63,755 nt of DNA, filler included, from Octopus bimaculoides (GCF_001194135.2; 7 parts of 7 records of this genome joined end to end with filler, not necessarily neighbours in it); one strand, 5' to 3'; shown: positions 9,610-22,289, counted from the first letter of the whole stretch. Numbers and translations: made by a program. Notes: generated by a model from the sequence alone, not told the origin.

Positions 9610-12600
9610 TTAATCGGCTGTTGCAATAACAACTATCTTCATCTCTAGCTCTACATATTCACTTATCAGTTCATAAACAATACCAATAAAAGCATTCCTT
9701 AGTGTTTCCTCTATATTAGTCATCTACATATATAGATAACGAGTGTCTGTATATGACTAAGAGTTCTGAGACAAAAACATAAAGTTAGTTTAAATTTTGT
9801 TTTAGTTAATTTAAGGTTCTGTACTATGATTATGACACTTTTATTTTTGAATAACTAATAATATCTACTGTCTGCAAATAATAAAATCAAGCCTTTTGAT
9901 AGAAACTGTAAAAAAACAAAGCTAACACTGATATGTTGCGGTTTCAATCCAACCTAGGTATACTTAGGTTTTCATTCTGTCAGTTTCCTTAAAACTTTGC
10001 ACTGATGTCAAAATGCTTGATTACATTTTTGATTACATTCTCTCAGCAAATCTTTTGCCAGTTTTAGAAATTACTTTTATAGTGTAGTTATCTAACAATA
10101 GCAATATAAATGTTTTGTAAATATTTGTAATTATCTCTTCACTATTTTGTTTAAGACTAACTGTAAGCAATATTTTAAACTTAATTAAAAATGTCCATGT
10201 CATATTCTTGTGACAAAATATAAACATTCTTATTGAAATATAAATAAATGTGAATTTAAATGAGAATACTGACATAGAATTGTTAGCAGAAATGTAATTC
10301 AGCATAAAGATTGTTATAATGGCAGTGAGGATTGTGAAGAAGGATGAATATCACAGTCTCACTTTCTTCCTTGTATGAATTTAAGGTATTTTGTCTAGTA
10401 AAATCAATGTAAAAGAGAAGATTGTCATTGGTCTTCTGTTTAGGTCATTCAGCCAATCAGACTCTCACTAAAACATAGAAAGAAATCACTAACAAAGCTA
10501 AGCCTTCACATTGCTGATATTATTTAACTAAACAATTTTGTTTTGTGTAGCTGTTTACATATCTATCTATATATATATGTATATATATATATGTAAATAG
10601 CAAACAAATATCATCTTTAAGGATAAATACATATAGAATATTATTAGGTGGATGTACTCCCACAAAACATACAACTTGAACAACACATGCAACCCTCTCC
10701 TAGCAGCAGACTATCTGCCTGACGTGCTACACTACTCCATCAACATACAGCCATTGTCACACCATTACAGCAGCACGTACAACGGATCTTTCTACAACAA
10801 TACGTCTTTCTATTCTCACTGAATAACCAATGATATAATTATTAAAAAGGTAAGTTTCTATTTAATCTTTTATAATCTCATTTGATGCAATAAATCTCAG
10901 TGAATGTTTAAGATATTATTGTAACATAATATTAACAAGAGAACAAAGAGACTGAATAATAATTCTCACATTTTCAGTAACGTTGTTCAAATTGTTTTAT
11001 TTCACAATTAGCTAAATGTCGTTGATTGAAATATTTAATGGCTCAGTTTTTATTGAGGGAAACAATATTACTGGGGTCTATATTATATTTGTTACTTATA
11101 TTCATCAATAACAAGAGAAACTATCTATAAAATAGATTGTAAAGTGTATGTTTTGTTTTTTGTTATAAGGAAGATATAATGTTGTATCTATATAGTTGAT
11201 GTTATATGAAAGATTTATTGAGCTGTTTGGTATAGCAGAAACCTGTTTAAATATGGTTATAGCTTGTAAGTTGTTAGAAGTAATGAGGTAGCGGTTTGTT
11301 GTAGATTTTGGTTATGGTGCACATAATGTGATTTCCTGCTATTAGGAAGTTACCAAAATTAATGTTATGTTGTATAATACAATACAATGAGAAGTACCAT
11401 CTTTGTTTGGAATTTAGAAATTATAAACAATATCATTTATATTGTGTGTATGTGTTTACTTGTAAATTATATTTATATGTATGTCAAACTATTACTGTCA
11501 TCATAGTCATTATCATCATCATCATTACCATCATACTGCATCCAATTACCATATTGGGGTGGATTGAATAGAATAAAATTAAGTATTTTAATGTTATCTT
11601 CTTATATTTTGTACTATTTTTTCCAGTCTTTAGTTATGGTTTTCATATTGTTTTATACTAAGTTGAAGTGTCTTTTATATGTAAATCAGGTTTGCAATTC
11701 AGAATGAAGACAAGCTATCATCATCAGCTACATTATGTCATTATAGTCAAATATATTTCACAATGTTCTGTATTTATATGTTTCCATATTTTAACAAAAA
11801 CTGCTACCATTTAATATTGTATATTATTTGTGAGTGTTCTGAACCTCTGTTACATGTTATTCTTTGCTTCTCATAAGATGTTCCATCTTCACAATAAACA
11901 TCTCATGTCACATATTCTTTGCCAGTCCATTGTATCAGATATAATGATGTAATTACTCATATTCACCACCGAAAACATATTTTAAACAAACCTAAATTAG
12001 GTTATATTTGAGAACTTATTACTTATTTATTTTTTCTGATGATTTTGCTTCTTAAAATGATTGTGACTCCAATTTGGATTGATTACATAAGGAATTCATC
12101 TCAAAATTACACAAACTTCGTTGATGACAAGAAGCTGAAAGATTAAAGGCATGAGTGACTGAAAGTTACATTCAATAGCTTCTTAGAGGTTTTATTATAC
12201 AAAGGCTTTAGATATACCTTACAGAATGCTCCATATGTGCAAAATTATGGATTAGAAATCACTGAATGGGAATAAGATATGTGTAAGAATACTCCTTGCC
12301 AAATGTAACAAGCATTGCTTATGTGCACCTACAACACATTTGTCTGCTTTCTTCAAACATTTACAAGTAATTTGTGTTGATGTAAGTACCTGCAAACAAG
12401 GTATCTACCATGATGTATTACAATATGATAAATTATTTTGCCATGCATTCTTTTCTCTGTTTTATAAGTATACAATATCCTAATAGCATTACTGTGGAAG
12501 CTAAAATTGTTACAAAATGAACAATTTTACCATTTATAATCACTAAATAATGACATACAAAGATATGTCTGTCATAATTTAAATTGTGATATGCCTATAT

Positions 12601-12755
12601 ATTTCAGTTTTCTCATTATACATCATTGATATCATATAAGAACAAACAAGATTCTGGCTTATTTATAAGTTTCTCATATAAATATACCAATTCTCAAGTG
12701 ATTGCATTTTATTTGAAGTATATCATATTTAGTAAATACTATTTTAATAAAGATT

Positions 12756-13080
12756 AAGAAGCTTGCTTCTCAACTATGTGGTCTCAAATTCAGTCCTACT
12801 GTGTGGCACCTTTGGCAAGTGTCTTCTATAGCTGACCAAAGCTTTGTGAGTGAATTTGGTAGATGGAAACTGAAAGAAACCCATAATGTGTGTATTTGTG
12901 TGTGCCCTCGTCTTGACATCATGTGATGATTGTAAATGAGCATCACTGATAATGTTGTTTGTTTTCAGTGTTCGGGGGGTGGGGTATTACCTTAATTGGA
13001 AACAGGTGAGGGTTTGGGATGGAAAAAGCATCCTGCTATAGGAAACTTGATTTGATTGCATACATGGAAATGATGATGAA
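12756..13080 (+). mobile_element. SINE with family A tRNA-like head and an alternative (GAT)n-ending tail
   Basis: aagaagcttgcttctcaac...aaattcagtcctactgtgtggcacctttggcaagtg head, then ggaaacaggtgagggtttgg...gcatcc...gatgatga. Confidence 0.65.
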
Positions 13081-13599
13081 TACCACTTTAATCAATCTAA
13101 ACAAAATCCTACAAAAAATAGAAATAGAACAAAAATGTTTTCTTCAAACCAAATAAATAAATATAGATTCAGCTCCTCGTTAGATATTAGTGGTATTTGT
13201 GGTTGACGATGAAGCTTTTGGCTCTTTCAAATGGTTACTTAGATGTTAAAAAAAATCAATAGTGATAGGAGTACATTTCCTGTAATAAAAAAACATTCTG
13301 TCAGTCTTCATACCTGTTATAGTAACTTCTTTAGGAAGAAGATATTTCTGGGAAAACAATGAAATGGGAACATTAGAGAAAATTAAATTTCCTTGCTTTG
13401 TTTTGGAAGTTGATAGAACCAGGCAGAATAGAAACAGAAAAAAAAAATGGAGAAGGAAGATGTGGAAGATAAATGACACCCACAGTTAGGAATAAGTTTA
13501 GATAAATTTTAATCGATGCATACAAATGCTGGGAGAAAGATTTAAACACTTGTAGCATAGATGACAACTGAGAATTCTTACCTGCTAAGGTTACAATTT

Positions 13600-14460
13600 A
13601 GATGTATGGCTGAGGTAAAGTCCCAGCTGAACTGACGGTAACATGGTGGTAGAATGTCATGTTTGATAGGGCAGTAAAGGTTAAGAAGCAGGCTTAGGTA
13701 AGAAGGAAGATGGTTGTAGAGGGCATTATCAAATAGCTAATAGGAAACCTTGGTGACAGCTATACTTGGTTAAAAGTGTGGCAAAATGGAAGAGAAGTGC
13801 ACATGCCTTGCATCATGTAGATCGATTATTGTGAATTACTCAGAAGTGTGAGAGAATTGAAGCATTATTGGTGAAAAGTGTATTTAGAATGATGAAAGCA
13901 TACTTGCCATTGATACAGAAGACAGAAAAGTGGCATGGAAGTGCTATGAGAGGCTACTGAATGTGGAGAATGTATGGGATAAAAAAAGAGTTATCTCATG
14001 CTGACCCTCTCAAGGGACCAGCAATTTAAGTTGACAGCAGCATGGTGAATAAAACTATTTTGGACATGAAGAGAAAGCTGCAGATGCATCAGGTATTGCT
14101 GAGGTTACCAGAGATAGTGGGGTGGTTTCTGTTACTGAAAATATAGTTGCTAGAATAAGAATAGGATTCAGAAAGTTAAAAGAGCTTTTACCTCTGTTGG
14201 CAACAAACGCTCTCTCTCTCTCTTTCTCTCCAAGTGCAAACGTATTTAATGGATAGGAAAAAGTTCAGGTAACTACTATTACTGCTGGCAACAAAGGTGT
14301 TTTCCCTCAGAGTGAAGGGTAGAATGCATTATGCTACTGTTAGAGCTACGATACCCCATGGCAGTGAGACATGGGCTTTCAGAACTTGAGAAGACTGGAA
14401 AGAAATGAAACTAGCATGCTCCATTGGATATGCAAAGTCAGTGTACATGAATGATAGAAT
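13600..14460 (+). mobile_element. RTE-clade LINE ORF2 relic (5' part of split copy)
   Basis: Fragments WKCYERLLNVENVWD, RIRIGFRKLKELLPLLATN, KGRMHYATVRATIPHGSETWA and LRRLERNETSMLHWICKVSV. Confidence 0.7.
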
Positions 14461-14466
14461 ACAGGT

Positions 14467-14690
14467 GTCATCATCATCATTTAACATCCACTTTCCATGC
14501 TGGCATGAGTTGGATGGTTCGACTGAGGATTGGCAGGCCGGGAGGCTGCACCACGCTCCAATCTGATTTTGCAAGGTTTCTACAGCTGGATGTTCTTCCT
14601 AATGCCAACCACTTTGAGAGTGTAGAGGGTGCTTTTTACGTGCCAGTCAGGCAGCACTCGCAATGACCATGCTCAAATGGTGCTTTTTAT
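14467..14690 (-). mobile_element. (GAT)n-tailed RTE 3'-tail repeat/SINE inserted into the RTE relic
   Basis: catcatcatcatttaacatccactttccatgctggcatg...gctggatgttcttcctaatgccaaccact, matching copies at 20105, 30345, 31850, 39070 and 62298. Confidence 0.8.
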
Positions 14691-14767
14691 AGATACACAC
14701 ACACACACACATACATATAGATATATACACATATACATATATATATATGTATATGTGCATGTGTGTG

Positions 14768-14930
14768 TGTTGAAAGAAAAATTGGGAATTAGAGGAATCA
14801 GATGTAGTTCACAAGTAAAATAGACTGCGCTGGTACAGATATATGATGCGTATGGATGAGGACAGCCAAAAAAGAAGTGCCAATATCTTAAGAGGAATGG
14901 AACTTGCTACTAAGGGATAGGAAACAGGCT
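14768..14930 (+). mobile_element. RTE LINE ORF2 relic, 3' continuation after the insertion
   Basis: LKEKLGIRGIRCSSQVK, then LRWYRYMMRMDEDS after a frameshift. Confidence 0.7.
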
Positions 14931-14979
14931 AATCTCAGGATCCTGAACCTCTTGAAGCACAATGTGCATATATATATTT

Positions 14980-15312
14980 ATATATTATACATACACAAGT
15001 GACCCTCACTCAATTTCCTTAAGACATCCTCATCACCCAACATCTTATTCACTTCTGTGTTCTGCTGCTGTAAATAATTGTGAGCAGAACTGCTTACTTC
15101 ACCAGCTTTCCCCTGATACCACTTATGTTCTTCACTACCTGGAATCATTTCATGTGATATCCACCATTCATTCTTAACACTGTCCTCTCCACCCACATTT
15201 TACACTGATCACCCACCCAAGTCACCATTTTATCTTTCCTCTTTTCATTGTCCCCATGCAATATGCTTGCCTCTTGCAACCTGCCCAACCACACATCATC
15301 TCTCTCTCTCTC

Positions 15313-15386
<74 letters not shown>

Positions 15387-15600
15387 GCATCCTTCTGTCA
15401 ACTGTATTGTTTTTATTATGCTGCTCCCTATCCTGATTTATTCTGCACTGTCTCCAAGGACTATGCTTCAGTGTTGGTGGTATGAGAAAACACACCCAGC
15501 GCATTCTATGAGTGATTAGCAAGAGGAACGCATTCAACCTTGGTAACTTGGCCAAATGGCTTACATCATGATCAGCCATACCAGAGTGGAGGGCAAATGT
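14980..15600 (-). mobile_element. Highly degenerate RTE LINE 3' relic interrupted by (CT)n
   Basis: Minus-strand remnants such as MGGEDSVKNEW resemble the RMDEDSCVKKC motif seen at 51959-52201. Confidence 0.35.
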
Positions 15601-15679
15601 AAAAGGAGGATGGTGATAATGATGATGCTAGTGGCAGCACCAGTGCTACAGGGGAATTACCTGCCATTCTGATAGGATC

Positions 15680-15719
<40 letters not shown>

Positions 15720-16782
15720 NNNNNNNNNNTGCCCACTACTTTTCTCTGTGAAATTAAACAAAAAAAAAAAATTTGTTTTTAATAACATTAATTAACACTT
15801 CTACTTTTTCAAGTATTTCTTGTTTCACATTCGTTCGCTTCTCAACCCATAGTAGACATAATAAGTTATCATTCTTCAATTAAATATAGTTTTTGATCTT
15901 CAGAGTGTCTGTAATTAAAGTGAGCCAGTTATATGTAAGCTGGTGACCTGGCCTGAATGTTTACAACTAAGGTAACTCTTGTCATGACAGACAACTAACA
16001 GCGAGGTGGTTAAACCAGGTGAGAGTTAAGTCTACTCGGAAATATATGATTGTTAATGAAGTAGAATAGGAGAGCAGTATCCTTAAAGGTATAAAATTGT
16101 CATTTGGCACTCAGGAGAATAGCCTAAGCTTTGGGTAAAACAATTATTGATTTGGAATTCAGTATAGATTCTCTCTTCTTAGTGATTTCTTTTTCTCCTT
16201 TTAATAAGAATCAGAAAGTATATCAGTTCAGGGGACAGTAGGGTCTCCAGTATGCAGGTAATGTATTATGTATTGTAGAGCCTTCCAGAATGTGAAAGTG
16301 GAAGAACAATGGAACTAAGTGTAAATATAATCAGGTATTGATATTTGTAGGAACCTTTATAATATAATTACTTCAATCTTTATACTGATTATGAAGAAAG
16401 TAGATAACAATTTAACATTGCATTGGTAGTATGACAAAGTGATGTAAATGATCTGATTAGGGTAACAGACTTGAAAAATTACATGACAACAGATCACTCA
16501 TAGTCACATGTAAAAAACTAAGAATAAAGAGAATCTGTTAAACTATTACAAATCAGAATTCAGCATGAAAATTACATCATCTTGGAAAATTACATTATCT
16601 TGTTATAGTTTTATAGGTGAATTTTTTGTATGAGTCCTATTAATTCTGCTCTAAAAATATTTAATCCTAGCTTTGGTGATTCAGATGTTATGGGGTACAT
16701 AATGGTTTTGTTTTACAGTTTTATAGAAACATTGACAATTAAATTATACATGCTTTATTATTCATATATGAAATAATACATT

Positions 16783-16895
16783 CAGATTAGAGCCTGGTGT
16801 TGCCATCTGGTTTCACCAGTCCTCAGTCAAATCGTCCAACCCATGCTAGCATGGAAAGCGGACGTTAAACGATGATGATGATGATGATGATGATA
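16783..16895 (+). mobile_element. Young 5'-truncated RTE-tail repeat with (GAT)n end
   Basis: cagattagagcctggtgttgccatctggtttcaccagtcctcagtcaaatcgtccaacccatgctagcatggaaagcggacgttaaacgatgatgat; near-identical to ~23807-23915 (+) and ~33220-33312 (-). Confidence 0.85.
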
Positions 16896-16969
16896 TATTT
16901 CTAATTTTACAATAATTTCATATTCTAAACTGTGGTTAATTTACAATAATATCTAACCAAGTAAATGTG

Positions 16970-16982
16970 CTTTTTGTTTTAG
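16970..16982 (+). promoter_or_regulatory. 3' splice acceptor upstream of protocadherin A (5'UTR intron)
   Basis: tttttgttttAG|gttc; the same ttctgttttAG|gttc is conserved before paralog B (AG 19301-19302). Confidence 0.7.
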
Positions 16983-17039
16983 GTTCAATCCTCAAAACAT
17001 CTGATATCTTAAAGAGTAACAACAAACAGCAGCAACAAA

Positions 17040-18127
17040 ATGTTATTGTCATTGTGTATTGTATTGTCAATGGTCCACTGTGTCCTCACCATAGACCTTA
17101 CCTACCATGTGGAAGAAGAGAGAAGTCCAGGAACATATGTAGCAGACATTGGTGCTGATTCTAAACTTTTAGACAATGTTAAACAATCTGACCAACATTT
17201 GATAACATTCAGTCAATTCAAACGAAAGGTGGCACAGTTATTTAATATCACCAAAACAGGTAAACTGTACACTGCTCAGACACTGGATGCAGAAGATCTC
17301 TGTACATTCAACAAAGAATGTTCTAGAACGGTTAAAATTATTATAAAGAAATTGACAACATTCACAAAAATATTAAAAGTCAAAATAGTAATAGAAGATA
17401 TTAATGACCATGAACCGGAGTTTCCAGAAAAACAAATCACTCTACATTTTGGGGAAGGTGATGGGAGAGGAATGAAAAAGTCAATTCCAAATGCCATAGA
17501 CAAAGATATTAGTTACCAAAATTCTTTCATTGAATACAAACTTAAAAAATCTGATGATTCATTTTCCCTGTCAGTTTCTAAAAGAGCTGATGGTATTTCA
17601 TCATTAAACATTGTTTTAAAAGAGAAATTAGACAGAGAGATAAAAGATAAATATAATTTAGAAGTTATTGCTAAAGATGGAGGTTCTCCATCTAAACAGA
17701 GTGTGTTAAATGTTGTGATTGTTGTTGACGATCAGAATGATAATCCACCTGTATTTTCAAAACCACTTTATAATATTTCAATTAGAACCACACATGACAA
17801 AACCAAACCTATTCTTACTTTGTCAGTAACAGACAAAGATATTGGATCCAACAGTAAAATTACTTTCCATTTCAGCCCCAAAACTTCTGATTTAGCAAAG
17901 AAATATTTCGAATTGGATGAAAAGACTGGCAAAGTATTTTTATCTAGAATTTCTAGTTTAAATGAAAAAACATCTTTTGAATTATTCATTGAAGCCAGAG
18001 ACGGGGGTAGTCCTCCAATCAGTTCTATAGCGACTGTTCTGATAAATGTTATCAACCAACACAACAATCCTCCAGCCATTGATATTGATTATGTTTCTGC
18101 AATCAATGACAACACAGCTACCATTTC
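17040..18127 (+). CDS. Protocadherin A, partial: signal peptide, EC1-EC3 and start of EC4, interrupted by a 100-N gap
   Basis: Uninterrupted ORF with hydrophobic leader; LDAEDLCTFNKEC (EC1 Cys-X5-Cys typical of protocadherins), DINDHEPEF, DKD, LDRE, AKDGGSP, DQNDNPPVF and ARDGGSPP. Confidence 0.95.
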
Positions 18128-18227
18128 NNNNNNNNNNNNNNNNNNNNNNNNNNNNNNNNNNNNNNNNNNNNNNNNNNNNNNNNNNNNNNNNNNNNNNNNN
18201 NNNNNNNNNNNNNNNNNNNNNNNNNNN

Positions 18228-19170
18228 AAAACACTCCAAATGAGAGTCCATTTCTCGAATACATCTACAATATCCCAAAATACTAATCCAACAAAATCTT
18301 CTAAACAAGATCTCTCCTACTACTGAAACCCAACAAACATGAAAGCACATACATATAAGTATAGCAGCAGCAGGACATGTAGTTCAGAGGAGCTGCTACA
18401 TGTTGCATTTCATGTTACTTCTAAAGAGGGTATCCACTTTTACCCCAGCTACTATCCTTGTGCCCTCACCTTCATGATCACAAAGTGGATAGAAACAGTC
18501 CTAAAACTAACTTGTGTCTTTCCCTCTTTTCAATGATCCTTAATATTGTCCTCATAGAGCCTGATCTACTTCTGTATCATACATCAGTCTCTTGTCCCAG
18601 AGAATTTCAGCAGAGGCAAAGTTATCTTTGACATTAGAAAAGTCTTCAACTTGTTTTACAAGATTACCCTCTGATGGGTTCCATATATTGCTCAGCACTT
18701 TCTGCAAGACCAATCCGTTGTAGTTTATATTCAAAGAGCCCTCTTTCACCTCAACTCTGTCAACTTTGATGTCCTCCAATGTTTGGTAATATTTTTCACA
18801 TTTTTCTGTCTGTTTAATATTACTTTTAGCAGCACACATTGCTTAACCTTCGACAAAGAGGTTTCAGGCATAAGCAATATATACACTTCATGCAAGATAT
18901 GCCCTCTCCATTTACAAACTTCTTAAAAATGTTTATCTCTTACTACACAAACACTGTAGACCTCCATCTAAAAATGCCCACACAACGACTGACAATAATC
19001 CATTCACAAATACACTACAGCTGCTCACTTTTTTTTTCCAATCCTCAACAAGGCTCTGGATCTTTTAAGTGCAAATCATAGTTATTTCATCAAACCTCTC
19101 CTCACTGTTCTATTGTATGCCACCTCTACAGCAACACAAGAAGCACATATCCTAGGGTTAATTAGAATTT
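18228..19170 (-). mobile_element. Degenerate RTE-like reverse transcriptase relic between the two protocadherin exons
   Basis: Minus-strand remnants (HEVYILLMPET, ...NFASAEILWDKR..., LEVT) fall in RT C-terminal order; many stops. Confidence 0.45.
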
Positions 19171-19358
19171 CCTTTCCAGATCTTAAAACTGTGCTGTAAG
19201 TATATTTAGTTTCTTCCAAAATAAGTTGACCAGGAAATGTTATAAAAATTATTGCTCATAATGCCAAAGCTTTTAAAAAATTAATATATCATTCTGTTTT
19301 AGGTTCATTCCTGAGCACATCTGAAAATCTTTAAGCAGTTCCAACATTCAGCAGCAAT

Positions 19359-19556
19359 ATGTTATTGTCATTGTCCATTGTATTATCAATGGTCCACTGT
19401 GTATTGACCATAGACCTTACCTACCATGTGGAAGAAGAGAGAAGTCCAGGAACATATGTAGCAGACATTGCTGCTGATTCTAAACTTTTAGACAATGTTA
19501 AACCATCTGACCAACATTTGATAACATTCAGTCAATTCAAACGAAAAGTGGCACAG
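19359..19556 (+). CDS. Protocadherin B, partial (66 codons: signal peptide and half of EC1), cut by a pad
   Basis: 189/198 nt identical to 17040-17237; 3 amino-acid differences (C6S, G38A, Q49P). Confidence 0.9.
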
Positions 19557-19656
19557 NNNNNNNNNNNNNNNNNNNNNNNNNNNNNNNNNNNNNNNNNNNN
19601 TTAATTAATTAANNNNNNNNNNNNNNNNNNNNNNNNNNNNNNNNNNNNNNNNNNNN

Positions 19657-19657
19657 G

Positions 19658-19716
<59 letters not shown>

Positions 19717-19737
19717 GTCTGTCTGTCTGTCTCTCTA

Positions 19738-19796
<59 letters not shown>

Positions 19797-19830
19797 GTCT
19801 CTCTCTCTTTCTCTCCCCCCCTCTCTCTAA
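19657..19830. repeat. (TATC)n/(TGTC)n/(TC)n microsatellite
   Basis: Visible run. Confidence 0.95.
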
Positions 19831-20104
19831 CTATCGTATCTATCTCCTTCTTTCTCCTCTTCTCTGAACTCTTCCCTACATATCCGACAAAGGTCCAACG
19901 CCCGAAACCTTATTCTTTTACTCTTAACTTGATAACTTTTCTGCTCAGGCATCTAACTAACGATATTCACGGTGAACGTCCCTTGGACTATTGTATTCAA
20001 TTTCTCATTTGGTATTCATATATCAATGTGAGCCTGTACATAAATATGTGTGTATGTATACATACATATATGTATGTATGTGTACATGTATCTATATACA
20101 GTCC

Positions 20105-20278
20105 ACTCTACAGGTTGTTTGGTGTTAGGAAGCGCATCCAGCCATAAGAGCCCTGCCAAAACAGACACAGAAGTATGGTGCAGGCTCCTGCATGGCCATC
20201 TCCTGTCTAACCATCCAAACCATGCCAGCATAGAAGGAGGATGTTAAATGATGATAATGATGATGATGATGATGATGA
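20105..20278 (+). mobile_element. RTE 3'-tail repeat with (GAT)n end
   Basis: ggttgtttggtgttaggaagcgcatccagcc...catgccagcatagaaggaggatgttaaatgatgat. Confidence 0.75.
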
Positions 20279-20384
20279 TATATTTATATAGACAGATAGA
20301 TAGATATAAATACGAGTGTGTGTGTGTGTGTGTGTACATGCATACACACACACACACACACATGCAGGTACTCCATGATTAATG

Positions 20385-20667
20385 AGGTTGAGGGTTTCGC
20401 TTAATCTAAACAGAACAGCCTGCTCGTGAAATTAACATGCAAGTGGCTGAGTACTCCACAGACACGTGTACTCTTAATGCAGTTCTCAGGGAGATTCAGT
20501 GTGACACAGAGTGTGACAACGATGGCCCTTTTGAAATACTGATACAACTCATTTTTGACAACTGAGTGGACAGGAGCAATGTGAAATGAAGTGACTTGCT
20601 CAAGGACACAATGCCCCGACAAGGAATCAAACCCGTCACATTATGATCAAGAGCTGAACACCCTAAC

Positions 20668-20668
<1 letters not shown>
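20385..20668 (-). mobile_element. SINE family C (tRNA head plus gtgtccttgagcaag core)
   Basis: Minus strand reads ggttagggtgttcagctc...gggtttgattcc...gtgtccttgagcaagtcacttcatttcacattgctcc; related copies near 23975 (+), 29480 (-) and 41790 (+). Confidence 0.75.
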
Positions 20669-20698
<30 letters not shown>

Positions 20699-20849
20699 TT
20701 CAAAACTTCCATTAATACCACTTCTCTCATCTGCATGTGAATACAGTTCCCAAATGAAGAAATGAATGAAACAAACTTTGTTCTTTCCGTCCATTCAGGT
20801 AACTGTAATAGTGTTCCTGTTATTGTCCATGGAAATTGCCTTTCCAAAG

Positions 20850-21240
20850 TCAGGCCCTTAACCTTCCCAACAAATCCATGAAGCCTTCTTTCTCTATGGA
20901 AATTTATTACCAACTAGCTGGAAACCTGTGACAAAGAATCCCTCATGCACCCATGGGATCGACATTTTGGAACTTGCCAACCACAATTATCTGTGGTGGA
21001 CCATAAAAGTTCATAGAATGTGGTCTGTCAAAGACTTGCTTTTTATGCCAGACATCAGTAATTGCTGAGGCTTGGGAAATTTAGCAAGAGCAACAATGCT
21101 TCGGTTGACATCCCAAAAGCCTTAAAAACTGTGTCTCTGTGTATCTGAAATGGGTATCATCTGCCAAAGTTGTCTATTTTGGGGGCTCCGCCCATATGGT
21201 ATCTCTTAGATAAGAAGTTTCCTGTCACATGAAGGGAGAA
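20850..21240 (+). mobile_element. Possible CR1/L2-type reverse transcriptase relic
   Basis: GNLLPTSWK followed by ...DLLF and VDIPKALKTVS...LPKL resembles the G.FP..WK and DISKAFDRV motifs; very degenerate. Confidence 0.35.
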
Positions 21241-22019
21241 ATCACAATCTATGTCAAGGATACTCTTTCTCTCCCTACCTCACTGTCTAGCTCTATGTCT
21301 CTGTCTGTCTGTCTGTTTGTCTCTCTCTCTGCCTTACCCCCATTTTTATAAAGTCTGTTGTACCTCCGACCACAAACATGCAGTTGATTACACATCAGTC
21401 ATGGGGGCTGCCTTTCCCACTGGCTAAAGAATGTATATCTATGTATGTATGTATGTGTGTGTATGTATGTATGTATGTATGTATGTGTGTGTATGTATGT
21501 ATGTATGTATGTATGTGTGTGTGTGTATGTATGTATGCATGTATGTTTGTATGTATGTATGTATGTATATATGTATGCATGTATGTGTGTATGTGTGTGT
21601 GTATATATGTATGTATATATACTTGTAAAGATGTATANNNNNNNNNNNNNNNNNNNNNNNNNNNNNNNNNNNNNNNNNNNNNNNNNNNNNNNNNNNNNNN
21701 NNNNNNNNNNNNNNNNNNNNNNNNNNNNNNNNNNNNNNNNNNNNNNNNNNNNNNNNNNNNNNNNNNNNNNNNNNNNNNNNNNNNNNNNNNNNNNNNNNNN
21801 NNNNNNNNNNNNNNNNNNNNNNNNNNNNNNNNNNNNNNNNNNNNNNNNNNNNNNNNNNNNNNNNNNNNNNNNNNNNNNNNNNNNNNNNNNNNNNNNNNNN
21901 NNNNNNNNNNNNNNNNNNNNNNNNNNNNNNNNNNNNNNNNNNNNNNNNNNNNNNNNNNNNNNNNNNNNNNNNNNNNNNNNNNNGTGTGTGTGTGTGTGTG
22001 TGTGTGCGTGTGTGTATGT

Positions 22020-22200
22020 GTGCGTGTGTGTATGTTTGTGTGTCTGTGTTTGTCCCCCCCACCAACATCGCTTGACAACCAATGCTGGTGTGTTTACATA
22101 CTAGGCTTACAAGGAATAAGTCCTGGGGTCGATTTGCTCGACTAAAGACGGTGCTCCAGCATGGCCACAGTCAAATGACTAAAACAAGTAAAAGTAAAAG
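22020..22200 (+). mobile_element. SINE family A, 3' fragment
   Basis: gtccccccaccaacatcgcttgacaacc...ctggggtcgatttgctcgactaaagacggtgctccagcatggccacagtcaaatgact. Confidence 0.8.
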
Positions 22201-22289
22201 AAAAGTAAATGAGTGGAGACTTAACCAGTGAGTGTGTTAAATAATAAGACATTAAAAGAGATGTGACTCTCCCCAGACACAGCAAAATA

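Noticed and set aside
9581-9612. GUGAAGA...GAAACAUGUGUA hammerhead look-alike
   Set aside because: C3 is missing and helix I cannot form; better explained as the terminal coding exon.
18228-18326. Apparent C-terminus of the 428-aa protocadherin ORF after the gap
   Set aside because: Frame across Ns is arbitrary; the sequence is not cadherin-like and belongs to the minus-strand LINE relic.
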